Shown here piece by piece: positions 27,335-40,836 of a stretch of 64,000 bases of DNA. Source of the stretch: Octopus sinensis (Eukaryota); NCBI RefSeq assembly GCF_006345805.1, contig NC_043023.1, forward strand, positions 3,162,001 to 3,226,000. The letters run 5' to 3'. Below the pieces are notes generated by a model, which ran no database searches, had not been told where the DNA came from, and was given only the letters and a program-made list of their open reading frames with translations. Both the position numbers and the translations under genes were made by a program. How positions within the stretch are numbered: the stretch's first letter is position 1; the number at the start of each line of letters is the position of its first letter.

Positions 27335-27622
27335 TAGTTTTATTTTTATCACGTGCTTTCACTTCACTACCGAGCGCAGCTCTGTGTGCCTTTGGTATGT
27401 GCTGTGATTTGTTGTGATACTCTGATGGTTATTGTATGGAAAGTGTTCTGCGTAGGATGTGTGCAGTGCCTAGTAGTGCAATTTTCTGTATGTTATATGT
27501 GTTTGTAAGTCCTGGTGTTTTTGTTATGTATTTGTCTGAATATTTTTTTATCATGCCTAATGCACCTACTATGATAGGAATTGTTTCTGTTTTTAGATTC
27601 CACATTCTGGTTACCTCTATTT
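27330..27622 (-). mobile_element. Dong/R4-clade non-LTR retrotransposon 3' end within (TAA)n
   Basis: IEVTRMW...IPIIVGALG...IQKIALLGTAHILR resembles the C-terminal REL-endonuclease region of R4/Dong; flanked by (TAA)n on both sides. Confidence 0.75.
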
Positions 27623-27659
27623 TATTATTATTATTATTATTATCATCATCATTATCATT

Positions 27660-28222
27660 ATTCAGTGCGAGAGCAGTGCATGCCATCAAAATGACACTGG
27701 GGTACAAATATACGAAGCCCAGTATACCCATCATGACTACCTGTCTGATAACGGTACACCAGGCACATGCCTCATAACCATATGTGCATGACATGGTGAT
27801 CTCATATCAAGATAAACAGTACATGAACTTGCGGGTGGGACCCAGTTAGAATTTTCTTCTGGTTGGGTAACCCATCTCACTCAAAAGGTCCCTGATTCAG
27901 GATTGTTTAAGGATGTTAAACGAAACACCCATGTTTCCAGAGGTGAATCATTCAAACCCCAAAGAATCCCTCTCAATACATGGCTATGATGCTCCCCCAC
28001 TACTTCTGCTCGTGATCAGAGATGCACATATCGCCAGTCACTAAGGGACATGCTCAACTGGTTACGGTCAAACAACTGACAAGCAAATCTGTGGTATTGA
28101 GCAGAATATTTGCTGTAAGCCCATCTTTTATACCAAGACAAAACAATGTACATGATAACACTTGCAATCAGTTAAGATCAGAAGCCATGAGAACCACTGC
28201 CTGGTACTGCATCAGGGCATTT
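27660..28222 (-). mobile_element. Unclassified ~560-bp retroposon embedded in (TAA)n; partial + strand copy at 3665-4090
   Basis: Two homologous copies in the window, both ending in (TAA)n. Confidence 0.7.
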
Positions 28223-29155
28223 ATTATTATTATTATTATTATTAACCAGGAGGGCAGAGAGGTGGCTGAATTGTTAGCATGCCAGACAAAATGCTTTGCA
28301 ACATTTTGTCCATCTTTATGTTCTGAGTTCAAAATCTGCCAAAGTCTACTCTACCTTTCATCCTGCCAGGGTCAATAGAATAATTATTAGTTGAGCACTG
28401 GGGTCGATGTAATCAACTTACCCTCTCCCCACTAAAATTGCTGGCTTTGTGCCAAAATTTGAAACCGTTGCAGAACCATTGGCATGCCAGGCAAAATGCT
28501 TGGCAGTATTTCATCCTTGTTTACATTCTGCGCTCAAATTTCACTGAGGTCAACTTAGCCTTTCACCCTTTACAGGTCAATGAAGTAAGTACTAGTTGGG
28601 CATTGGGGGTCGATGTAATAAGGCCAACCCCTGAAATTACTAGCATTGTGCCAAAACTTGAAACCATTAACCCTTTCGATACCAACCCGCCTGAAACCGG
28701 CTCTGGCTCTTTAGCACAAATATTTGGTTTTCAGAGGTTCTGAATTAAAATCTTCCACCAAACCTTAGTCGCAATTTATGTTCCCAAAACTAGCTTAATT
28801 ATAACGATGTTATTTTACTAAATCCTTTATTATATTTAACCCTTTTGATACCAACCCGGCTGAAACAGCCTCTGGTTCTTTAGCACAAATATTTGGTTTT
28901 CAAATGTCCTGAATTAAAATCTTCCACCAAACCTTAGTCACAATTTATGTTCTCAAAACTAGCTTAATTATAACGATGTTATTTTACTAAATTCTTTGTT
29001 ATATTAAAAATTAATTGAAAGAGACACAGAGCATCAGAAAATAAATACAGAAACGAAAGGGTTAATATTATTTGAATGGTGGGGGAAAGTTGTGAAAACA
29101 GCAAGAGAGAATGATTCCACTTTAAGTGCCAAGCTGTGAGGGAGAGGGCACTTAC

Positions 29156-29206
29156 TTTGGTGTTCAAGGAGATGATTGGGTTCCTCGATTATACATAAGG
29201 GTCCTC
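29156..29206 (-). CDS. Possible 51-nt phase 1-1 stalk exon: (R)GPLCIIEEPNHLLEHQ
   Basis: ccttctaatacag|GAGGACCC...CACCAAA|gtaagt; multiple of 3 and open in the gene frame, but the surrounding sequence may be an old TE remnant. Confidence 0.4.
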
Positions 29207-30364
29207 CTGTATTAGAAGGATCACATCATTATCATCTATTTTTTCTTCTACTGGTGTTTAATTTGTATACGTCCCTTCTTTATTTATTGTTAACCATGTA
29301 TACTTCCAATTTTTTTAATCCTTTCATATATATAAACCCCTCACACACCTTAAGTCTATCTTGGTATTGACATCCTTATCCTTTGCCCTTGTGGCAAATA
29401 AAAGAAATCATTATTGAGAGGCTGTGTGGTAAGTAAATTCCTTACAAACCACATGGTTCCGGGTTCATTCCCACTGCATGGCACCTTGGGCAAATGTCTT
29501 CTACTATAGCTTCGGGCTGACCAAAGTCTTGTGAGTGGATTTTGTTGACGGAAACTGAAAGAAGCCCAACGTATATATGTATATATATATATGTATGTGT
29601 GTGTATATCTTTGTGTGTCTGTGTTTGTCCCCACAACATCGCTTGACAACTGATGGTGGTGTGTTTACAACCCCGTAACTTAGCAGTTCGGCAAAAGAGA
29701 CCGATAGAATAAGTACTAGGCTTCCAAAGAATAAGTCCTGGGGTTGATTTGCTCGACTAAAGGCGGTGCTCCAGCATGGCCGTAGTCGAATAGCCGAAAG
29801 AAGTAAAAGAGTAAAAGAGTAACTATCAGCTGAGTCCATTGTGAAGATGGCCCCTCTACTTTACTTCAACCAGGAAAGGCAACCAGTTTTTTATATGCTT
29901 GAGGCCCAGGGCAAAGGGGATCATATAGTAGACATGGCTGAAAGGGCTAAAGACCAGCAGTTGTCTTTTTGTCAAAACCTTAATAATCTTTACAGGTTTC
30001 ACTTAAAGAGGAAAATCAGGGTGGAGAGGTAAGGGCTGCCTTGCAATCAGTTTGTTGAAAGGTGGGTGAGAGAGGTGAGCATTACCTGCGTGAATGGGCC
30101 TTCTCTTAGTGTATACCTGTATATTGGAGAGGAAAGACTGGGAGAGGGCATCCACCCTGGTGGTCACGGAGACCATGGATTTTGTGGGCTTTCTTTACGT
30201 GTAGCCCTTGTAAGTCCCTCCACTACCAGGGGTTTTACTTTGACTTTGTTTCATTTATTGTATGACTTTTTACATGCTAAAACCCACACTGTACCCTCCC
30301 AAATGTTTTCCTTTGTGTTCACCTTCAGTGGTTAATAAAGAAATTATAGGAATTATTTCCTTAC

Positions 30365-30613
30365 TGTTTATCTTCAAATGAATGTCTGCAGCTTTAAGGT
30401 TGGCATTAGGAAATTTCTGAGTCATACATCCCTTAGTTCCATCTGTGATCGAAAGATGCGAAGAATTTACAATATGTGTCACTTTATAGAAATGGCCATT
30501 TAAGCATGTCCTGTCACATTCATTTTTATACTTGTGGCACTCCCAAGTCACCGGTCGTTTCATTTTTGGTATTGTTATCGTCATTGTGACGTTTCCATTG
30601 AGCACAGCAATTC
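30365..30613 (-). CDS. 249-nt phase 1-1 exon encoding an 83-aa extracellular domain with 4 Cys, candidate Ig-like/beta-sandwich (IAVLNGNVTMTITIPKMKRPVTWECHKYKNECDRTCLNGHFYKVTHIVNSSHLSITDGTKGCMTQKFPNANLKAADIHLKIN)
   Basis: ttctttatttcag|GAATTGCT...AAGATAAACA|gtaagg; open frame (inside ORF 30270..30992), unique non-repeat sequence, G-N-V-T-M / V-T-W / S-x-L-x-I / I-x-L-x-I strand-like pattern. The fold assignment is inference; no canonical Ig B-strand Cys is present. Confidence 0.75.
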
Positions 30614-31063
30614 CTGAAATAAAGAAATCAGTTAAGAAGTTTTCTTCACAATCAAATGGTTCTGGGTTCAGTCCCACTGAACAGCACCTTGGGAAAGTGT
30701 CTTCTACTACAGCCTCAGCCTTGTGATTGGATTTTCTTGACGGAAATTGAAGGAAGCCCATTGTATGTATATGTGTGTATGTGTGTGTGAGTGTGTGCGT
30801 GTATGTATATATATATACATATATATACACACACCTGTGTGTTTCTAAGCCTTGTGAGTGGATTTGATAAGTGGAAACTGAAAGAAGCCCATTGTTTACA
30901 TATATATATATAAATATATATATGTATATATATAGATATAGATATAGGCGCAGGAGTGGCTGTGTGGTAAGTAACTTGCTTGCCAACCACATGATTCTGG
31001 GTTCAGTCCCACCTTGTGAGTGGATTTGGTAGATGGAAACTGAAAAAGCCTGTCGTGTATATG

Positions 31064-31109
<46 letters not shown>

Positions 31110-31297
31110 GTGTATGTTTATGTGTCTGTGTTTCTCCTCCCAACATCGCTTGACAACCGATGCTGGTGTGTTTATGCCCCCGTAACTTAGTGGTTAGGCA
31201 GAAGAGACCGAGAATAAGTACTAGGCTTACAAAGAATAAGTCATGGGGTCAATTTGCGCTCGACTAAAGGTGGTGCTCCAGCATGGCCGCAGTCAGT

Positions 31298-31575
31298 ACT
31301 CGAGAGTAAAGATTATTTGCCATCATAATATGGCAGTCCTAGTTAGGATGATTGTTACTGTTCTTCAGCCCCAGGAAACATTGTCTCCAAGTGGTTATAT
31401 GACACACTATCTATGTCCTATGGGATGCTAAACTCCCTTGTTCGAAAATGTAAGGATGAAGCTACTGTGTCATATAGCCAGCTGGAGACGATGTTTCCTA
31501 GGGCTAAATTACAGTAACGATCGTCCTAATCAGGATTGCCACGTTATGTTGGCAAATAATCTTTACTCTAGAATA
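31298..31575. mobile_element. Diverged inverted-repeat element of the same family (extra arm at 31765-31860)
   Basis: agagtaaagattatttgcca...tggcaaataatctttactct arms; ccccaggaaacat(t/c)gtctcca motif. Confidence 0.6.
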
Positions 31576-31871
31576 CTGTTACTCAATGTCTCTCCTTCAG
31601 AGATTTAGAAATAATTTTCTATTTTCTAGATCAGTAACTGTGTGTCACTTCGAAAAATATATATTTTGGACAAGAGTTTAGTGGTGCCATCTCTAGCCAA
31701 GCAGTTATTCAGTGCTGATGAAGAGAAATAACTCAGAGACCATTGGTATGCAGATAGTGTGCTGTATAACCAGCTGGTGATGATGTTTCCTGGGGTTACA
31801 TAACAATACCATTTGTCCTAACCAGTATTTCCACGTTATGTTGGCAAATAATCTTTACTTTACTTTATATA

Positions 31872-31983
<112 letters not shown>

Positions 31984-32585
31984 TAGTTATCGCCATACTA
32001 ATATGGCATTCTTATAAAAATAAGAATAAAGCTGTCCGCTTATTAGCTCCATGAGGCCATCGCCTTAAGTTAGCTATTTGATACACAAACTGTATCCATA
32101 TATATTTCTATTATATATATATATTCTTTTATTCTTTTACTTGTTTCAGTCGTTTGACTGCGGCCATGCTGGAACACCGCCTTTAATCGAGCAACTCGTC
32201 CCCGGAGCTTATTCTTTAGTAAGCCCAGTACTTATTTTATCGGTCTCTTTTGCCAAACCGCTAAGTAACGGGGACATAAACACACCAGCATCGGTTGTCA
32301 AGCAATGCTTGGGGGGTAAACACACTCACACAAAAATGCATATATATATATACATATATACGACGGGCTTCTTTCAGTTTCCATCTACCAAATCCACTCA
32401 CAAGGCTTTGGTCGGCCCGAGGCTATAGTAGAAGACACCTGGCCAAGGTGCCATGCAGTGGGACTGAACCCGGAACCATGTGGTTGGTAAACAAGCTACT
32501 TACCACACAGCCACTCCTGTGCCTGTATATATATATTAATAAATCTCCGAACGAGATGCAAACAGTAACCGCTCGACAACGTAAA

Positions 32586-32919
32586 GTGTACTAGCCATCT
32601 GAATGTGGCTAGCCACTGGGGGTGGGTGTTACTGACGCTTTTAGCCCCAGGAGATCATCGTCTCCAGCTGGCTTTAGACACAATTTCAGTGCCCTTCTGA
32701 TAAACCGGTATTTACCATACGTTGACGAGAGTCAAAAACCTCGAAACTATAGTCCGTATGTATCACTTAGGTTTTCGAGAGGGGATGACCTCCCTTTGCA
32801 AATATCAGAACGGCACTGAAATTGTGTCTAAAGCCAGCTGGAGACGACGATCTCCTGGGGATAAAAGCGTCAGTAACACCCACCCCCAGTTGCTAGCCAC
32901 ATTCAGATTGCTAGTACAC
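32586..32919. mobile_element. Related inverted-repeat element with a hammerhead-like core
   Basis: Arms homologous to 2980-3432; catacg-TTGACGA-gag/ctc-GAAAC-tata-GTC-cgtatg at 32716-32760. Confidence 0.7.
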
Positions 32920-33162
32920 ATTATGTTATATATATATTGTTTTATTTCTATTCCTGAGCGCCATACTAATACATTATTTGTTTGTACTCCACCTACCTTC
33001 GTCTTTTGTTTATTTTCGTAAACCTTCCCGTTATATATATATATATATATATAAGTTCAGTAAAATTTAGATTCCAATGAATATGGTACTTAAGTTAGAT
33101 GCACCAGAGTTTTGTATGGTGTTATCCATATAAATCCATGGGGTGATTATAATCAAAATAAT

Positions 33163-33426
33163 CAACAAGAATGACTCCGGTAATTCGGTACGATCGTTTC
33201 ATGCTACATCATTTTATTAAATGTTGTAAGTATTACAACAGTTTTAAAATTAAATTAATACATAATTTTCATATAATATGAAAATTATGTATTACTGGAA
33301 ACTCTCTGTTAATGGCTGATGAGTGCTCAGCATTTTAAAACAGTACTAATACTTACAACATTTAATAAAATGATGTAGTGTGAAACGATCGAACCAAATT
33401 ACCGAAGGTATTCTTGTTGCTTATTT

Positions 33427-33509
<83 letters not shown>

Positions 33510-33810
33510 GAAAAAACACCTTTTATCAATTCAAAATGAACAATTAAATTACACCATCTAGTCAATTACATATACTAGAAATATAAAATTAAAATAACAA
33601 TAAAATGTCAATTATTAAGTAAATTGCAAAAACAAATAATAAAAAAAACATATATAATTGGAATTTTTTTTTGCAATTTACTTCATCATTGATATTTTAT
33701 TGTTATTTTCATTTTAATATTTCTATTATATGTAATTTTCTAGATGGTGTAATTTAATTGTTCATTTTGAATTGATAAAAGGTGTTTTTTTTCTATTATT
33801 TTATACATAT
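33163..33810. repeat. Two adjacent fold-back palindromes (33163-33420 and 33500-33810)
   Basis: cgatcgtttcatgctacatcattttattaaatg / cattttaataaaatgatgtagtgtgaaacgatcg and aacaccttttatcaattcaaaatgaac / gttcattttgaattgataaaaggtgtt arms. Confidence 0.8.
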
Positions 33811-33984
33811 ATTATGTTGTGTGAAATTTGATTTAGTATTTCTAAATTGAATTTTTATTCCCTGTAAGTTTGCATTTATATTCCCTCAAATAATAATTAT
33901 ATACATATATATATTAAGTTCAGGGCATCACTGGAAAGTTATACATATATAAACAAACAAGGGGTAAGCAAGGGACAAAATAAC

Positions 33985-34180
33985 AAAATACTTAACACCC
34001 AGTCATAATGTTGTAAGAGGCAGCTTCTGCCTGGTCGGAATCCATGCTGGGTATCATTCAGCAAGTCATTTTCTTCATGGAACACAATTCGTTTCTTGTA
34101 GACTATTCAGTCTATGACTTTGCTGATGTGTGAGGTCATAGAGATAGGCCTATAATTTTTAGCACCTGCCCTGCTTCCTC
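33985..34180 (-). mobile_element. Degenerate CR1-type reverse transcriptase fragment
   Basis: Minus strand reads KNYRPISMTSHISKVID*IV...NDLLNDTQHGFRPGRSC with an internal stop. Confidence 0.8.
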
Positions 34181-34882
34181 CGGGGTCTGGGAAACCTGGA
34201 GGCTGCACCAGGCTCCAGTCATATCTGGCAGTGTTTCTACAGCTGGATGCCCTTCCTAAACGCCAACAACTCCATGAGTGTAGTGGATACCTTTTATGTG
34301 CCTGGCTAGGCTGGCAACGGCCACGATCGGTTGGTGGTTTTTATGTGCCACCGACATGGAAGCCAGTCAAGGCGGCGCTGGCATCGGCAACGTACGGATG
34401 GTGCTTTTTACGTGCCACCGGCACAGGTGCCATAAGTGATGTTGACATACTTCATAACCACAGTCCTATACAGAACGACTCATAATCGCAGCTACATGGT
34501 AACCAAATGAGTGGTCGTGCAATGAAGAAAAGCAGCCACTACATGTGGGAAAGTGGTGGGTGTTAGGAAGGCCATGAAGCAATAGAAGCTTTGCCAATGC
34601 ATGGAATGGAGTTCACCACAATGCTGTGGCTTGTTGGATCCATAGCAAAATTCAAGGCGTCAGTCCTATATGGAACCCCACAAACCATCGTGGCCCTGGT
34701 CGAAAACCACTGTTGCAGTGTATTCCCTGATGTGCAATTGTCAATAGTCAAATTCGAAATTTAAATAAATCAAAATCAAAAGATTGGCTAAAAGTTATGA
34801 GTTAAGGGAAAGAAATAGAAGACAGAACTGAAAAGGTAATGTCTAGTTAAAAAAGAGAGAAAAGGTTTGTTAATCGACTTAC

Positions 34883-34921
34883 TATTTTTCTTGATATCAT
34901 AATTATTTATATCTGTCGAAT
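34883..34921 (-). CDS. Repeat micro-exon 9 (39 nt): (D)STDINNYDIKKN
   Basis: tttttacag|ATTCGACAGATATAAATAATTATGATATCAAGAAAAATA|gtaagtcg. Confidence 0.78.
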
Positions 34922-36381
34922 CTGTAAAAAATGGAAACAAAAATTTTTGATTTTAGGATGATATAATTCAGAATAATGTGAATAAAAGAACATTAGATTT
35001 CACAGTAATCTGATTGCTAAAGGATTAAACCAGCCATATCTGTTTTATGTTTGAACTAGCCACATCCACCCTATCACACCTGCCCTACAATGTTATTCCA
35101 AAAATTCATCATCACATCATTGAAATCTCAAAGCTACAAGATATTCCATGATTAATTCAAACCAATGTGAATAAATAAGGATTACATTTCACTGAATAAT
35201 CTGAATGCTAAAGGGTCAATATTTTTGCTCTTGGAAATTAAAAGGGAAAATGTGCAATAGAGACCATCAAAAGAAATTAGACATCTTATTACACTTAGAC
35301 TAACGAGATTTAATTTAATGAGATTTATGTTTATTGGGACATGATTTCATCAGACATGGGTGTACGCCTGATTAAACTATGTCACTTTCCACTTACACCC
35401 ACCCCACTTATTTTAACCTCTCAGCACCTGGTATAAAGCCACCAACCTCAAAGCTATGCTCTTCGGTCGGGGCTTTTTCCTTCCGCTTCCTTTGCCTTTA
35501 TACTTACTTGGTGACCTTCTAGTGTTGGTGCCATGTAAAAAAGCCTCCAAGTAATCTGTAAAATGGTTGGCATTAAAAAGTAGGAATGAATTCTGCATGA
35601 AACATCACCATCATCGTTCAACATCCGTTTTCCATGCGAGCATGGGTTGGACGGATCAAAAGGGGTCTGGGAAGCCAGAAGGCTGCACCAGGCTCCAGTC
35701 TGATCTGGCAGTATTTCTACAGCTGGATGCCCTTCCTCAACGCCAACCACTCCGTGAGTGTAGTGCATACTTTTTATGTGCCAGGCGGGACTGGCAACAC
35801 CCACGATCGGTTGGTGGTTTTTACGTGCCACCGACATAGAAGCCAGTCAGGGCGGTGCTGGGATTGCCAACGTACAGCTGGTGCTTTTTATGTGCCACCG
35901 GCACAGGTGCGATATGTGATGATGACAAACATCATAACCACAGTCCTATTCAGAACGACTGTCATAATCACTGCTACATGGTAACCAAATGAGTGGTGGT
36001 GCAATGAAGAAAAGCAGCCACTACATGTGGTAAAGTGGTTGCTGTTTGGATGGCCATGAAGCAATAGAAGCCCTGCCAATGCATGGAATGCAGTTCACTA
36101 CAATGCTCTGGTGTGTTGGATCCATAGCAAAATTGAAGGTGTCAGTCCTATATGGACCCCCACAAACCATCATGACCCTGGTGAAAAACCACTGTTGCAG
36201 TATATTCTCTGATGTGCATTTTTGGCTCTTTATCCTTTCTCAATGGTCAAATTAAAATTTAAAGAAATCAAAAATCAAAAGATTAGCTAAAAGTTATGAG
36301 TTAAGGGAAAGAAATAGAAGACAGAACTGAAAAGGTGATGTCTAGTTTAAAAAGAGAGAAAAGGTTTGTTAATCCACTTAC

Positions 36382-36420
36382 CATTTTGGGTGCTATCATC
36401 AGGATATGTATTTGTCAAAC
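36382..36420 (-). CDS. Repeat micro-exon 8 (39 nt): (S)LTNTYPDDSTQN
   Basis: ttttgtacag|GTTTGACAAATACATATCCTGATGATAGCACCCAAAATG|gtaagtgg. Confidence 0.78.
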
Positions 36421-37860
36421 CTGTACAAAATGGAAACAAAAATTTTTTATTCTAAGATGATATAATTCAAAATAATTGGAATAAAAGAACATTATATTTC
36501 ACAGTAATCTGATTGCTAAAGGATTAAACCAGCCATATATGTTTTATGTTTGAACTAGCCACATCCACCCTCTCACACCTACCCTACAATGTTATTCCAA
36601 AAATTCATCAACACATCATTGAAATCTCAAAGCTACGAAATAATCCATAATTAATGTGTATAATTAAGGATTACATTTCACTGAATTATATGATTGCTAA
36701 AGGGTTAATATTTTTGCCCTTGGACATTAAAAGGGAAAATGTGCGATAGAGACCATCAAAAGAAATTAGACATCTTATTACACTTAGACTAACGAGTTTT
36801 AATTTAATGAGATGTATGTTTATTGGGACATGATTTCAACAGACATGGGTGTACGCCTGATTAAACCATGTCACTTTCCACTTACACCCACCCCACTTAT
36901 TTTAACCTCTCAGCACCTGGTATTAAGCCCTCACCCTCACTGCTGTGCTCTTCGGTCGGGGCTTACTCCTTCCGCTTCCTTTGTATTTATAGTTACTTTG
37001 CGACCTTCTATTGTTGGTGCCATGTAAAAAAGCCTCCAAGTACTCTGTAAAATGGTTGGCATTAAAAAGGAGGAATGAATTCTGCATGAAACATCATCAT
37101 CATCGTTTAACATCCGTTTTCCATGCTACCATGGGTTGGACGGATCGACTGGGGTCTGGGAAACCAGGAGGCTTCATCAGGCTCCAGTCTGATCTGGCAG
37201 TGTTTCTACAGCTGGATGCCCTTCCTCAACGCCAACCACTCCGTGAGTGTAGTGGATGCTTTTTATGTGCCAGGCGAGGCTGGCAACGGCCACGATCGGT
37301 TAGTGGTTTTTACATGCCACCGACATGGAAGCCAGTCAAGGCAGCGCTGGCATCGGCAACATACGGATGGTGCTTTTTACTTGCCACCGGCACAGGTGCC
37401 ATAAGTGATGATGACAAACATCATATTCAGAACAACTGTCATAATCGCAGCTACATGGAAACCAAATGAGTGGTGGTGCAATGAAGAAAAGCAGCCACTA
37501 CATGTGATAAAGTGGTGGGTGTTAGGAAGGCCATGAAGCAATAGAAGCCTTGCCAATGCATGGAATGGAGTTCACCACAATGCTCTGGTGTGTTGGATCC
37601 ATAGCAAAATTGAAGGTGTCAGTCCTATATGGACCCCCACAAACCATCATGACCCTGGTCTAAAACCACTGTTTGCCATGTATTCCCTGATGTGCATTTT
37701 TGGCTCTTTAGCCTTTCTCAAAGGTTAAATTAAAAATTAAAAGAAATCAAAAATCAAAAGATTGGCTAAAAGTTATGAGTTAAGGGAACGAAATAGAAGA
37801 CAGAAATGAAAAGGTAATGTCTAGTTTAAAAAGAGAGAAAAGGTTTGTTAATCCACTTAC

Positions 37861-37899
37861 TCTCTTGGGTTATTTTATATTCTTTTTTATCTGTCAAAT
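37861..37899 (-). CDS. Repeat micro-exon 7 (39 nt): (D)LTDKKEYKITQE
   Basis: acag|ATTTGACAGATAAAAAAGAATATAAAATAACCCAAGAGA|gtaagtgg. Confidence 0.78.
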
Positions 37900-39308
37900 C
37901 TGTAAAAAATGGAAACAAAAATTTTTGATTTTAAGATGATATAATTCAAAATAATATGAATAAAAGAACATTATATTTCACAGTAATCTGATTGCTGAAG
38001 GATTAAACCAGCCATATCCACCCTCTCACACCTACCCTACAATGTTATTCCGAAGATTCATCATCACATCATTGAATACTCAAAGCTACGAGATAATCCA
38101 TGATTAATTCAAACCAATGTGAATAAATAAGGATTACATTTCACAGAATTATCTGAATGCTAAAGGGTTAATATTTTTGCCCTTGGAAATTAAAAGGGAA
38201 AATGTGCAATAGAGACCATCAAAAGAAATTAGTGATCTTATTACACTTAGACTAACGAGTTTTAATTTAATGAGATTTATGTTTATTGGGACATGATTTC
38301 ATAAGACATGGGTGTACGCCTTATTAAACCATGTCACTTTCCACTTACACCCACCCCACTTCTTTTAACCTCTCAGCACCTGGTATAAAGCCACCACCCT
38401 CACTGCTATGCTCTTCGGTCGGGGCTTTTTCCTTCCGCTTCCTTTTACTTTATAGTTACTTGGCGACCTACTAGTGTTGGTGGCGAGTAAAAATGCCTCC
38501 AAGTACTCTGTAAAATGGTTGGCATTAAAAAGTAGGAATGAATTCTGCATGAAACGTCATCATCATCGTTTAATATCCGTTTTCCATGCTAGCATGGGTT
38601 GGACGGATCAACCAGGGTCTGGGAAACCAGGAGGCTGCACCAGGGTCCATTCTGATCTCGCAGTGTCTCTACAGCTTGATGCCCTTCCTAAACGCCAACC
38701 ACTCCATGAGTGAAGTAGATGCTTTTTATGTGCCAGGCGATGCTGGCAACGGCATCGATCGGTTGGTGGTTTTTATGTGCCACCGACATGGAAGCCAGTC
38801 AAGGCGGCACTGGCATCGCCTAGGTACGGATGGTGCTTTTTACGTGCCATATGTGATGATGACAAACATCATAACAACATTCCTATTCAGAACGACTTAT
38901 AATCGCAGCTACATGGTAGCCAATGAGTGGTAGTGCAATGAAGAAAAGCAGCCACTACATGTGGTAAAGCGGTGGGTGTTAGGAAGGCCATGAAGCAATA
39001 GAAGCCTTGCCAATGCATGGAATGGAGTTCACCACAATGCTGTGGCTTGTTGAATCCATAGCAAAATTGAAGGTGTCAGTCGTATATGAACCCCCACAAA
39101 CCATCATGACCCTGGTCGAAAACCACTGTTGCAGTACATTCCCTGATGCGCCTTTTTGGCTCTTTAGCCTTTCTCAAATTTTAAATTAAAAATTTAAAGA
39201 AATCAAAAATCAAAAGATTGGCTAAAACTTATGAGTGAAGGGAAAGAAATAGAAGACAGAACTGAAAAGTTAATGTCTAGGAGAGAAAGGGTTTGTTAAT
39301 CCACTTAC

Positions 39309-39347
39309 CACTTTTGGTGATATTTTCATCATTTTCATCTTCCAAAC
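39309..39347 (-). CDS. Repeat micro-exon 6 (39 nt): (G)LEDENDENITKS
   Basis: acag|GTTTGGAAGATGAAAATGATGAAAATATCACCAAAAGTG|gtaagtgg. Confidence 0.8.
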
Positions 39348-40797
39348 CTGTAAAAAATGGAAACAAAAATTATTGATTTTAAGATGATATAATTCAAAAT
39401 AATGTGAATAAAAGAACATTATATTTCACAGTAATCTGATTGCTAAAGGATTAATACAGCCGTATCTGTTTATGTTTGAACTAGCCACATCCACCCTCTC
39501 ACACCTACCCTACACTATTATTCCCAAAATTCATCATCACATCTTTGAAATCTCAAAGCTACGAGATAATCCATGATTAATTCAAACCAATTTGAATGAA
39601 TAAGGATTACATTTCACTGAATTATCTGAATGCTAAAGGGTCAATATTTTTGCCCTTGGAATTTAAAGGGGAAAATGTGCAATAAAGATCATCAAAAGAA
39701 ATTAGACATCTTATTACACTTAGACTAACGAGTTTTTATTTAATGAGATTTATGTTTATTGGGACATGATTTCATGAGACATGGGTGTACACCTGATTAA
39801 ACCATGTCACTTTCCACTTACACCCAGCCCACTTATTTTAACCTCTCAGCACCTGGTATAAAGCCACCACCCTCACTGCTATGCTCTTCGGTTGGGGCTT
39901 TTTCCTTCCTCTTCCTTTGTCTTTATAGTTATTGGCGACCTCCTAATATTGGTGCCATGTAAAAAAGCCTCCAAGTAATCTGTAAAATGGTTGGCATTAA
40001 AACGGAGGAATGAATTCTGCATGAAACATCATCATCATCGTTTAACATCCGTTTTCCATGCTTGCATTGGTTGGAAGGATCGACCGGGATCTGGGAAGCC
40101 AAGAGGCTGCACCAGGCTCCAGTCTGATCTGGCAGTGTTTCTACAGCTGAGTGCCTTTCCTAAACGCGAAACACACGTGACTGTAGTGGGTACTTTTTAT
40201 GTTGCAGGGGAGGCTGGCAACGGCCACGATCGGTTGGTGGTTTGTTCATGCAACCGACATGGAAGCCAGTCAAGGCGGCGCTGTCATCGGCAACGTACGG
40301 GTGGTTCTTTTTACGTCCCACCTGCACAGGTGCCATAAGTGATGATGATAAACATCATAACAACAATCATATTCAGAAAGACTGTCATAATCGCAGATAT
40401 ATGGTAACAAAATAAGTGGTGGTGCAATGAAGAAAAGCAGCCACTACATGTGATAAAGTGTTGGGTGTTAGGAAGGCCATGAAGCAATAGAAGCCTTGCC
40501 AATGCATGGAATGGAGTTCACCACAATGCTGTGGCTTGTTGGATCCATATCAAAATTGAAGGTGTCAGTCCTATATGGACACCCAAAAACCATCATGACC
40601 CTGGTCGAAAACCACTGCTGCAGTACGTTCCCTGATGTGCATTTTTGGCTCTTTAGCCTTTCTCAAAGGTTAAATTAAAAATTTAAAGAAATCGAAAATC
40701 AAAAGATTGGCCGAAAGTTATGAGTTAAGGGAAAGAAATAGAAGACAGAACTGAAAAGGTAATGTCTAGGAGAGAAACGGTTTGTTAATCCACTTAC

Positions 40798-40836
40798 CAC
40801 TATCGGTGATATTTTCATCATTTTCATCTTCCAAAT
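40798..40836 (-). CDS. Repeat micro-exon 5 (39 nt): (D)LEDENDENITDS
   Basis: acag|ATTTGGAAGATGAAAATGATGAAAATATCACCGATAGTG|gtaagtgg; identical to the exon at 44907. Confidence 0.8.
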
